This document shows, piece by piece, positions 56,490 to 63,930 of a stretch of 64,000 bases of DNA. The stretch is taken from IMG/VR virus record IMGVR_UViG_3300024268_000001, one strand, 5' to 3'. The stretch's first letter is position 1; every line of letters starts with the position of its first letter. The notes under the pieces were generated by a model, which worked only from the letters and a program-made list of their open reading frames with translations, ran no database searches and was not told the origin of the DNA. This stretch comes from a virus. Its lineage: Duplodnaviria; Heunggongvirae; Uroviricota; Caudoviricetes. The position numbers were made by a program, and so were the translations under genes.

Positions 56490-56825
56490 ATGTTTATTTC
56501 TTTCGTGAATTCCAAGACTGGTGAAGAACTGTTTGACAAGGCACAGAGTTTGCATCTCGGTAGCGATGAACCGAATGGATATTCTTTGCAAGTGCGGACG
56601 ACAGATTTCGAAGTTTCGCTGTATGATACATGCAGTTGGGACATAATCGAACTTTGGCAATCGGATGAATGCTTTACCTACAAGTTTAACGAAACAACGA
56701 AGAAGTATGAAGGGCCTTGCCTGAAGTATATCAAAAGCGTGTTTTCGTCGAATCCGATTAAACCCACAATCGAATCTTATACGAGACCGGAGCTCGCACA
56801 TATCATGAAGTGGCTTATTGCATAA
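56490..56825 (+). CDS. hypothetical protein
   Basis: Start moved to ATG 56490. Confidence 0.75.
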   Translation: MFISFVNSKTGEELFDKAQSLHLGSDEPNGYSLQVRTTDFEVSLYDTCSWDIIELWQSDECFTYKFNETTKKYEGPCLKYIKSVFSSNPIKPTIESYTRPELAHIMKWLIA

Positions 56826-56845
56826 GACAATGTTAACCTCCTGTA

Positions 56846-56873
56846 AGACTGGGAATAATTTCCCAGTCTTTTT
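56846..56873 (+). terminator. intrinsic terminator
   Basis: AAGACTGGGAA/TTCCCAGTCTT plus T run. Confidence 0.75.
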
Positions 56874-56927
56874 CATTTACAAAAGATTCAGAAGTTTCTA
56901 TATTATAATCAAACAAGAGAGGTTAAT

Positions 56928-57302
56928 ATGCACGTTATTTACAAAAACAAGAACAGTGAACGCGAAGTGGCTCGTCTCAAGGGCATTGCGTTTGAACATG
57001 GTGAATGCTCCGTTTATCTTTCTTCGGGCAATATCCTAAAGTTTGGTGTACTTTCTACGTTCACGGAAGTGACGTTTATTTGCCGTGATGTGTTCTATAA
57101 CGGTGACCCTTGTAAGCACGTTTGCGAATTGAAATATGTTCCAAAAGCAGTTCCGGGCGGTGGAGTAAGAGCCTTTGGCCCAGATACTTCGATTTGTGAC
57201 CCGACGACAAGCAGTCGCCTCGGAAACAATGAACTGACCTGGCAACGTTTCTATGAGGTAATCGAATATTATTACCTGAGGGAACTTGAAGGAAATCTTT
57301 AA
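56928..57302 (+). CDS. hypothetical protein
   Basis: 124 aa; own promoter and SD. Confidence 0.75.
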   Translation: MHVIYKNKNSEREVARLKGIAFEHGECSVYLSSGNILKFGVLSTFTEVTFICRDVFYNGDPCKHVCELKYVPKAVPGGGVRAFGPDTSICDPTTSSRLGNNELTWQRFYEVIEYYYLRELEGNL

Positions 57303-57367
57303 TGGTTTTCTTCTTTACAAAAAGTTCAGAAGTTTCTATATTATAATCAAACAAGAGAGGTTAATAA

Positions 57368-57754
57368 ATGTTTTTGAAAATGAATCGAGAAACCCTGTTC
57401 ACTCTGGTACGTGCATTTTTTCCTGAAGCAAAGATTACTCGCGTCCTGCATCCTGAATATGGAGATGGCGGTGACATTTGTTTGAGAACCGACCGAACGA
57501 TTGCATTTGATGAATTTGAAGACGGTCAGTGTGAGGTTCGTGTCTGTACGCTTGACGAAAACAAAGATGTCATTGCTACACAGGATTTCGCCACTGAAGA
57601 AGAACTTGCGAACTACCTCAAGCAGAAGAAATTTGAATGGTCCAAATACGGCTATGACTGGGATGTTCTCTCGGCAAAGATTTCTAACCTGCAGGCACAG
57701 GGTATGACCATGGACCAGATTGCAGAAAAGGCAATCAAGGAAGGTAAGCTCTAA
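57368..57754 (+). CDS. hypothetical protein
   Basis: 128 aa; own promoter and SD. Confidence 0.75.
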   Translation: MFLKMNRETLFTLVRAFFPEAKITRVLHPEYGDGGDICLRTDRTIAFDEFEDGQCEVRVCTLDENKDVIATQDFATEEELANYLKQKKFEWSKYGYDWDVLSAKISNLQAQGMTMDQIAEKAIKEGKL

Positions 57755-57993
57755 TGGATATTAAAAAGCTCAAGAAACTAATGAAGAAGATGCCCAGCGA
57801 AACCATGCTTAAGGGTAAGAAACATAATCCACCGAAAGGCTGGCCGACTCTCGAAGAAGTCCAGGCCAGGGCAAAGAAACGAGATGACATTCTCTTCGCA
57901 CTTTGCAACGAAAAGGGAATCACTGTTGTTCACCATAAGTTGACGAAGGAATACGATTGCGGTGACATCAAGGGCTTGCCGGAATTTAAGTAA
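57754..57993 (+). CDS. small basic hypothetical protein
   Basis: TAATG coupling. Confidence 0.7.
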   Translation: MDIKKLKKLMKKMPSETMLKGKKHNPPKGWPTLEEVQARAKKRDDILFALCNEKGITVVHHKLTKEYDCGDIKGLPEFK

Positions 57994-58010
57994 CCAAGGG
58001 GAGGAGACAA

Positions 58011-58076
58011 ATGATTGCATTGATTCCAGTATTCGCGTTCATCACGTCTGTTGCTACGGCCATTATCACGCAGTAA
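58011..58076 (+). CDS. 21-aa hydrophobic peptide (not in the ORF track)
   Basis: GGAGGAG SD; MIALIPVFAFITSVATAIITQ. Confidence 0.5.
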   Translation: MIALIPVFAFITSVATAIITQ

Positions 58077-58084
58077 AGACGAAA

Positions 58085-58134
58085 GAAAAATCCAGATAAT
58101 AACTATTTACTAATTGTCTGGATTTTTCTATATT
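58085..58134 (+). promoter_or_regulatory. hairpin-enclosed promoter
   Basis: 16-bp arms GAAAAATCCAGATAAT/ATTGTCTGGATTTTTC; TTTACT; TATATT 58129-58134. Confidence 0.85.
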
Positions 58135-58157
58135 ATAATCAAACAAGAGAGGTTAAT

Positions 58158-58571
58158 ATGTCTTTTATCAACGAAATCCGTAACATTCAGGCTGAAACTA
58201 TCGTCAAGCACGAAGAAGAAATGCGTCGTGACCGCGATATTGTTCTTAAGGTCGTTCACATCATCAAGGACAGGATTAAGGCCAAGGTGTCCAACTATCT
58301 GTATGCAAAAGATGAAACGTCCGAAGAAGTCAAGTTTATTATAACGGATATGTTGAACATGGACAAATATAAGTTTTCCTACACTGTTGATAAGAAGGTA
58401 GAAGATATTGAATTAACCCAGCCGGAATACCGTTCCGTCGTCGACATCTTCCTTAAAGAAGGTTTCAAGGTAAGTCAACGTGACAGTCATGAAGAATATT
58501 ATCGTGATGGCCAGTGTCCAGGATTCGGTCACAGTGTTCGCCCTATAAGAAAGCTTATTCTGGAATGGTAA
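58158..58571 (+). CDS. hypothetical protein
   Basis: 137 aa; own promoter and SD. Confidence 0.75.
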   Translation: MSFINEIRNIQAETIVKHEEEMRRDRDIVLKVVHIIKDRIKAKVSNYLYAKDETSEEVKFIITDMLNMDKYKFSYTVDKKVEDIELTQPEYRSVVDIFLKEGFKVSQRDSHEEYYRDGQCPGFGHSVRPIRKLILEW

Positions 58572-58653
58572 TCCCGAGAATAATTTCCAATCAAAATCAA
58601 CTTACAAAACAAACAAAAGTTTCTATCTTTAGAATATCAACAAGAGGTTAACA

Positions 58654-58947
58654 ATGGCTCAACGTAATTGCTTTGACTGGCCGACGATTCAACGGAATAA
58701 CAAGGAAGCGCTGGAAAAAATCCGTCCGTATGTCGGCGATAAACTGACGGAGAAGTTCAAGGAGATCCTGGCCGAACCGTCTGACTTTGACGTCTTGGAA
58801 CCATGTGAAGATGATTCCGCCCAACATCAAAAGACGAACTTCATTCCTCCGACCTGGGCGAGCGAAATGAACAAGGACAAACCGGCCGTGATGTTCTTGG
58901 ACGAATACAGAATCGAAAACGGAAAGGAATGGCATAACGGGAAGTAA
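58654..58947 (+). CDS. chimeric small protein containing an AAA Walker-B fragment
   Basis: TNFIPPTW...KPAVMFLDE vs TRFAKPQW...KPVLLLLDE of 36140. Confidence 0.6.
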   Translation: MAQRNCFDWPTIQRNNKEALEKIRPYVGDKLTEKFKEILAEPSDFDVLEPCEDDSAQHQKTNFIPPTWASEMNKDKPAVMFLDEYRIENGKEWHNGK

Positions 58948-58949
58948 CT

Positions 58950-59276
58950 ATGTTTATCTACGGAATTCTAAGAAATAAGCTCCGTATCTCGGAGGAAAAG
59001 GCAAACGAACTGGCCAAGATTCTGCACGACGAGGTGGAAAAGGAAAAGGAAAAGGACAAGGTCCGCCAGGAATACATCAAGAAGATGGAAGAACAGGCCG
59101 CAAGCTATGAAAAGACCATCGAAGACATGAAGAACGAATCCCTTGACTCTATGGTTAAAAGGATCGCTGCCGAAACGGTTGAAAAGTCCATCAGGGAAAA
59201 CCTTACGCTCGAAATCCATGCCTGGGGTGGAGCAGATGTCAACGGGCATTTGGAATGGAACGGAAAGGAATTCTAA
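58950..59276 (+). CDS. coiled-coil hypothetical protein
   Basis: 108 aa; E/K-rich. Confidence 0.75.
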   Translation: MFIYGILRNKLRISEEKANELAKILHDEVEKEKEKDKVRQEYIKKMEEQAASYEKTIEDMKNESLDSMVKRIAAETVEKSIRENLTLEIHAWGGADVNGHLEWNGKEF

Positions 59277-59293
59277 GTTTAGTTAACCTCGAG

Positions 59294-59324
59294 AGGCCTG
59301 CGGGAAATCCAGCGGGTCTTTTTC
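59294..59324 (+). terminator. intrinsic terminator
   Basis: GC-rich stem with GAAA-type loop plus T run. Confidence 0.65.
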
Positions 59325-59537
59325 TTTTATATACTCATTAAAAACTCTTTATTATTCGTCCATATTTGAGTTATACGGGCTTTATTTAATAAAAGAGTAT
59401 AAGTTATAAGCCATTTAAATAAGAGTCTTTAAATGATGTTTATATCGGCTGTGCAATAGATTAAATTTTCTACTCATTTTCTATTGACAACTTCTAGTTT
59501 TATTTCTATATTATGAACATAAACAAGAGGTTAACGA

Positions 59538-59780
59538 ATGTCTGAACTTGAACGTGCGATTAGAAGCTACTGGCCAACGATGAGTCCTAGCGAAAGAATG
59601 TTCGCAATGATGGATTTGAGCGAAGAATTTAAAATTCCATCTATAACTGTTGACGAATGGCTTGAATGGATTGGCAAACCCAGGGTCAATCTTCGTCAGA
59701 TTCCGACAGAACAGGTCCCGCCGAAGTGGTACCTGGAAATGAACAAACCTGGTTTTCACTGTGCACTTTTGGAGAATTAA
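59538..59780 (+). CDS. hypothetical protein
   Basis: 80 aa; TTGACA-type promoter and SD. Confidence 0.75.
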   Translation: MSELERAIRSYWPTMSPSERMFAMMDLSEEFKIPSITVDEWLEWIGKPRVNLRQIPTEQVPPKWYLEMNKPGFHCALLEN

Positions 59781-59781
59781 C

Positions 59782-59976
59782 ATGATTATTCGTAACAAGA
59801 AAACAAACCAATATGTAGCAGGGATGCAACTCCTTCCTGGAAATAAGCTTTCGCTACTTTGGACTGACGATCCTCACAAGGCAGAACATATGGTGCCGTT
59901 CCAGAACGACTGGGAAAAGGGTTTCAAATCTTTCCAGAAGGCCATGAAGCTTGAACTTGAAATCGTGGAAGACTGA
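59782..59976 (+). CDS. hypothetical protein
   Basis: Start moved to ATG 59782 after GGAG. Confidence 0.65.
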   Translation: MIIRNKKTNQYVAGMQLLPGNKLSLLWTDDPHKAEHMVPFQNDWEKGFKSFQKAMKLELEIVED

Positions 59977-60052
59977 AAATAAAAATCTAAATAAAACCTC
60001 TTTACAAAAACCTTAGAATTAACTATATTATAGACATACAAGAGAGGTTAAC

Positions 60053-60676
60053 ATGAATGCATCTGAACTTACTAATCCGGCTATCGTGAAAGTGTCCAAG
60101 TCCGACGGAAACTATTTCTGGTACGGAAAGGAAAAGTTTAAGTTCACCGGCTGTTTTTCCACGACCGATTCGCAAATACAACATATCGCATCGGGAGTAG
60201 AATCCTACATCAAGCGTGATTCTGACGTGTACAAGGAAATTCACCGCCAGTGGGAAGTAAACCTTGAAGAAAAGAAGGCGAAAGATAAGGCGAAGCGTGA
60301 AGCCAAGAAGAAGGTTCTCCTCGAGCTCGCGAAAGATTCGACGATGACTGCACTTGAATGGAGGATTAAGCTCCTCAAGGAACATGGCCTGTTGCTCAAG
60401 TCCAGACCGTACGGGCACGATTACGAAGTATTCCAGTGCAACGTGGGTTGGAATGATTCGTTCCTGGTTACTAAGGCGGACGGTTCGCAGAACCTCGACG
60501 TAAAGACTATTAAGAAGTTCTGCTGTGTGGACAAGATTACCAATGCTGACCCTTACAGCAGGTTCAACGACATAACCATCAAAGAAGTCCTGGAAAAGGT
60601 CGCTCGAATCCAACGCAAGGAAATGGAAAAGAATAAGGCTGAAATAATTAATGCCATCGATACTCTTGCCGGCTAA
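60053..60676 (+). CDS. hypothetical protein, C-terminal-tail family
   Basis: 207 aa; ends IINAIDTLAG. Confidence 0.8.
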   Translation: MNASELTNPAIVKVSKSDGNYFWYGKEKFKFTGCFSTTDSQIQHIASGVESYIKRDSDVYKEIHRQWEVNLEEKKAKDKAKREAKKKVLLELAKDSTMTALEWRIKLLKEHGLLLKSRPYGHDYEVFQCNVGWNDSFLVTKADGSQNLDVKTIKKFCCVDKITNADPYSRFNDITIKEVLEKVARIQRKEMEKNKAEIINAIDTLAG

Positions 60677-60757
60677 TCTGTAAAGAAAACTCTAAATTAA
60701 ATAGTTTACAAAAAGTTTAGAGTTTTCTATATTATGAATATCAACAAGAGGTTAAAC

Positions 60758-61195
60758 ATGAAAGTTTCTGTAGATTTGGATTTGGACATTAAGATTACCG
60801 GTGTCAGCCAGGATGTGGCCGAGTACGCCAAGGACAGGTTTGACAACTTCTACGATGCCAACGGACTTCTGTTCCTGGACATGGAAGAAGAGGACGGTGA
60901 TTTCAACATTTTGACGAACTGGAGCGCCGGTTATTCCCTCCCGACTCCGAACACGTTGAAGGAACAGTTCGAACGCTGGATTGGAGAGAAGGCCAAGGCC
61001 AGTGTCGGCGATACGATTCAGATTCTGGACTTCGCCCGTGACAATGGCAGTGAACTTCCCCAGTCCGAACAGAAGCTTATCGGTAAAACCGGTGTAGTGA
61101 CTGACATCGGCGGTATGGGCGAGCTTCACGGTACTTGGGGTGGACTCGCTATCCTTACCGACGACAAGTACAAAGTCATTGCATTCGCGGAGTAA
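60758..61195 (+). CDS. acidic hypothetical protein with a KOW/SH3-like C-terminal segment
   Basis: VGDTIQI...GKTGVVTDI...LHGTWG; start moved to 60758. Confidence 0.7.
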   Translation: MKVSVDLDLDIKITGVSQDVAEYAKDRFDNFYDANGLLFLDMEEEDGDFNILTNWSAGYSLPTPNTLKEQFERWIGEKAKASVGDTIQILDFARDNGSELPQSEQKLIGKTGVVTDIGGMGELHGTWGGLAILTDDKYKVIAFAE

Positions 61196-61267
61196 AAATT
61201 CTAATCTTTTCTTGTTTACGACTATGATGTAATTTACTATATTATAGTCATACAAGAGAGGTTAACT

Positions 61268-61495
61268 ATGTGTAAGAAAGCAACATTCGGTCAAATCGCA
61301 GCATCCTTGATGAACGCACGGGCGGAGCATCCCGAGCTTCGAGACATGGAGCTGGCTGTCGAAATCCGCGAAGGGAAGGAATACAGGAACATTACCGGTA
61401 TCGAATCGTTCTTCCGTTGCCACGTGGACACGAGCAAGAACAAGGTTGACAAGATGACTACGGCCATGGCGTTCAAGCTCGACTGGGACAACTAG
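61268..61495 (+). CDS. hypothetical protein
   Basis: 75 aa; own promoter and SD. Confidence 0.7.
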   Translation: MCKKATFGQIAASLMNARAEHPELRDMELAVEIREGKEYRNITGIESFFRCHVDTSKNKVDKMTTAMAFKLDWDN

Positions 61496-61578
61496 TCCGA
61501 AAATAAAAACCGGACTAAATATGTTTACGATTTAATCCGGTTTTACTATCTTTTAATCATAACGAAGAGGTTAACAAT

Positions 61579-61728
61579 ATGAGAAAAAGAACTTACATCC
61601 TGTACGTGCGTAACAATAACGGCCTGAACCAGGTAGGTACGGCTGGCGAAGAAGAATACGAAAGCCTTGACAAGAAATGTGCCGATATGCGTAAGAACGG
61701 TGAAAATGCATTCATTTGGGAGATTTAA
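61579..61728 (+). CDS. small hypothetical protein (49 aa, not in the ORF track)
   Basis: AAGAGG SD after a hairpin promoter; MRKRTYILYVRNN... Confidence 0.65.
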   Translation: MRKRTYILYVRNNNGLNQVGTAGEEEYESLDKKCADMRKNGENAFIWEI

Positions 61729-61816
61729 CTTGAGAAAAGATGTATATTATACTGAAGAGAGCTGGGAAGAGTTAAGAAAGAAATGGGACGAGCTTCAGCG
61801 TCGGAATAAATAAAAT

Positions 61817-62026
61817 ATGGAGATGGGGCCGGAAGAATTCAAAGATTTCATGGATGCGCAAAAGGACGCAATAGAAGTTGCCAAGTGGTTATGGGGCGAG
61901 AAAATCGGCCGAGACCCTGGCGACGAGTTCGTCATCAAGTGGATTAAGGAAAACGCAGAAGATTTCAGAAAGAACTGGCCCACTTATTACGAAGAGTGGA
62001 AGAAAAAGAAACAGAGTTTGCATTAA
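61817..62026 (+). CDS. small protein with a DUF4032-like motif
   Basis: AKWLWGEKIGRDPGDEFVIKWIKENAEDFR resembles the HKW..SE..G.D.G....W pattern. Confidence 0.55.
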   Translation: MEMGPEEFKDFMDAQKDAIEVAKWLWGEKIGRDPGDEFVIKWIKENAEDFRKNWPTYYEEWKKKKQSLH

Positions 62027-62035
62027 CCTCCTGGA

Positions 62036-62067
62036 AAGCCCGCGGGAAAAATTCCTGCGGGTTTTTT
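62036..62067 (+). terminator. intrinsic terminator
   Basis: AAGCCCGCGGG/CCTGCGGGTTT plus T run. Confidence 0.75.
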
Positions 62068-62103
62068 ATTTACAAAACCTTCGGAATTAATTATATTATA
62101 GTC

Positions 62104-62496
62104 ATGAGCGTAATTCTTGAAATTCAATATTTGGAAAGATATAATACTGACCGTGTGAAAAAGGGACAGATTCATTACGCAGATCCTATTTCGTTAAAAG
62201 AAGTAACGGGTTCTTCAATAGAATGGTTTGGACTGGACATTAAATGGGAAAACAGTTTTGGCGATATTCAGCATATTGAGTTCTGCGAGCCCTGTGCATC
62301 ATTAAAGTATGACCAACGGCTTATTATCTACAACGACAAGACAAATGAAGAATTCTATAGAGTCGAACAAATCCAGGAAGAAAACAGAAAATACAAAGAC
62401 CCGGAGCGATGCCAGCGGGCGTTTGCTATTTGTCGTGATGCCCTTTGGAACATAGAAAAATACAAGACGATAATCGCTATTGAAGAAAACCTGTAG
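62104..62496 (+). CDS. hypothetical protein, paralog of 54804
   Basis: Leaderless-type start; ends IAIEENL. Confidence 0.8.
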   Translation: MSVILEIQYLERYNTDRVKKGQIHYADPISLKEVTGSSIEWFGLDIKWENSFGDIQHIEFCEPCASLKYDQRLIIYNDKTNEEFYRVEQIQEENRKYKDPERCQRAFAICRDALWNIEKYKTIIAIEENL

Positions 62497-62548
62497 AAAA
62501 ATTCTAATCTTTTTCTATTGACAAAAAGCTCAGAAGTTTCTATATTAT
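62485..62548 (+). repeat. 64-bp direct repeat, copy 1 (last codons + promoter)
   Basis: Matches 62735-62798 with 2 mismatches. Confidence 0.9.
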
Positions 62549-62569
62549 GAATATACAAGAGAGGTTAAT

Positions 62570-62746
62570 ATGGAAGCTGAAGAAATTAAATCTATCGTGA
62601 AGGACCACCTTGTCAGCAAGGGATGTTCGGTTGAGCTCGCGGACGAGTACCTGGCGAGCTATGCAGAGACAATCTATGAAGATTTCGAGAATGGCGAATC
62701 CTGCGAAGAAATAGCCCAGACCATTCTCGACAATGAAAACCTGTAG
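62570..62746 (+). CDS. small acidic protein (58 aa, not in the ORF track)
   Basis: SD-led ATG 62570; ends ILDNENL. Confidence 0.7.
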   Translation: MEAEEIKSIVKDHLVSKGCSVELADEYLASYAETIYEDFENGESCEEIAQTILDNENL

Positions 62747-62798
62747 AAAAATTCTAATCTTTTTCTATTGACAAAAAGCTTGGAAGTTTCTATATTAT
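62735..62798 (+). repeat. 64-bp direct repeat, copy 2
   Basis: Matches 62485-62548. Confidence 0.9.
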
Positions 62799-62820
62799 AA
62801 TCATCAACAAGAGGTTAACA

Positions 62821-63273
62821 ATGAAAAAGATTTATAAGATTACTGGTTGCACCACCGACGTTCATGAAGATTCTTACAAGGACGGAGAAGGTGCTTTCTG
62901 CAACAACTGGAGCATTCGCGAGACTAACGCTCCGCTCGAACTCAAGGAATATCCTTCGCTGAAGGAACTGTTGGCGGAAGTCGGCGAAAAGTACCTTATT
63001 CTTCCGTACAAGCAGAAGGCCGAAGAAATCGAGAAGTATTGGTTCCATTTCGAAGACCCGGACTTGAAGGATGAACTTCGTTTCGATAACGACTGCATGG
63101 TGGACGTGAATAACGAACGAATCGACGACAATGACCTCGCCAAGTGGAAGAAAGGGAAGATGAAGCTTTATAACGCTCACACTGTGCTCTACGTGAAGGC
63201 GTTCCTCGTCGAAGACGTCAAGCTCGAGGATATGGAAAAGGACGCAAACGACTTGAAGATTGAATATTGTTAA
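62821..63273 (+). CDS. acidic hypothetical protein
   Basis: 150 aa; own promoter and SD. Confidence 0.8.
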   Translation: MKKIYKITGCTTDVHEDSYKDGEGAFCNNWSIRETNAPLELKEYPSLKELLAEVGEKYLILPYKQKAEEIEKYWFHFEDPDLKDELRFDNDCMVDVNNERIDDNDLAKWKKGKMKLYNAHTVLYVKAFLVEDVKLEDMEKDANDLKIEYC

Positions 63274-63280
63274 CCTGAAG

Positions 63281-63330
63281 AAAAATACCGGAACAAATCT
63301 ATGGACAAGTTCCGGTATTTTTTCTATATT
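63281..63330 (+). promoter_or_regulatory. hairpin-enclosed promoter
   Basis: Perfect 14-bp arms AAAAATACCGGAAC/GTTCCGGTATTTTT; TGGACA; TATATT 63325-63330. Confidence 0.85.
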
Positions 63331-63353
63331 ATGAATATACAAGAGAGGTTAAC

Positions 63354-63461
63354 ATGACTGCATTAGTAATTATTATCGGTTCTGTCGCTGTAACGGCTGT
63401 TGTCACTAATCCCAAGATGTATGACCTCTTTGACAAGGCTAAGTCGAAGGAAAAAAACTAA
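63354..63461 (+). CDS. 35-aa single-TM peptide (not in the ORF track)
   Basis: SD-led; MTALVIIIGSVAVTAVVTNPKMYDLFDKAKSKEKN. Confidence 0.65.
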   Translation: MTALVIIIGSVAVTAVVTNPKMYDLFDKAKSKEKN

Positions 63462-63525
63462 ATCTTTTGGCTTACGACTTCTAAAAATCTTTCTATATTA
63501 TAATCATCAACAAGAGGTTAACACA

Positions 63526-63921
63526 ATGGATAAAATCAAGGCTGTACGCTTCCACAACGAACTCGACGCACTCATCAAGAAATTTGCCCAGGAACACGGA
63601 ATGGATGTTCATTCGGGAAGATGCTCGTTCACTTCCACGGGACTGTCCTATAACATCTCGCTCTACGAAACCGACGGAGACGGTAACGAAGCGATGAGCG
63701 AATACGCTTGGAACCAGATGATGAGCAGGGCCAATCGTTTCGGTCTCGGGTTTGACCCTCGTGGCCATAAGTTCTACACGAACACCGCCCGCCCGAAGCC
63801 GTTGCAAATCATGGGTTATGACCCGTACAAGAAGTATTGCTGGTCCTGCAAGGATCCGGTTACGGGAAGTGAATTCACTTGCAACTCGGATTATATCGAC
63901 TGGAACCGTCACATCGGCTAG
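63526..63921 (+). CDS. hypothetical protein
   Basis: Start moved to ATG 63526 (MDKIKAVRF). Confidence 0.8.
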   Translation: MDKIKAVRFHNELDALIKKFAQEHGMDVHSGRCSFTSTGLSYNISLYETDGDGNEAMSEYAWNQMMSRANRFGLGFDPRGHKFYTNTARPKPLQIMGYDPYKKYCWSCKDPVTGSEFTCNSDYIDWNRHIG

Positions 63922-63930
63922 TCCGAAAGA

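Noticed and set aside
21723-63921. Diversity-generating retroelement behind the paralog families
   Set aside because: No reverse transcriptase and no template/variable repeat pair differing only at adenines.
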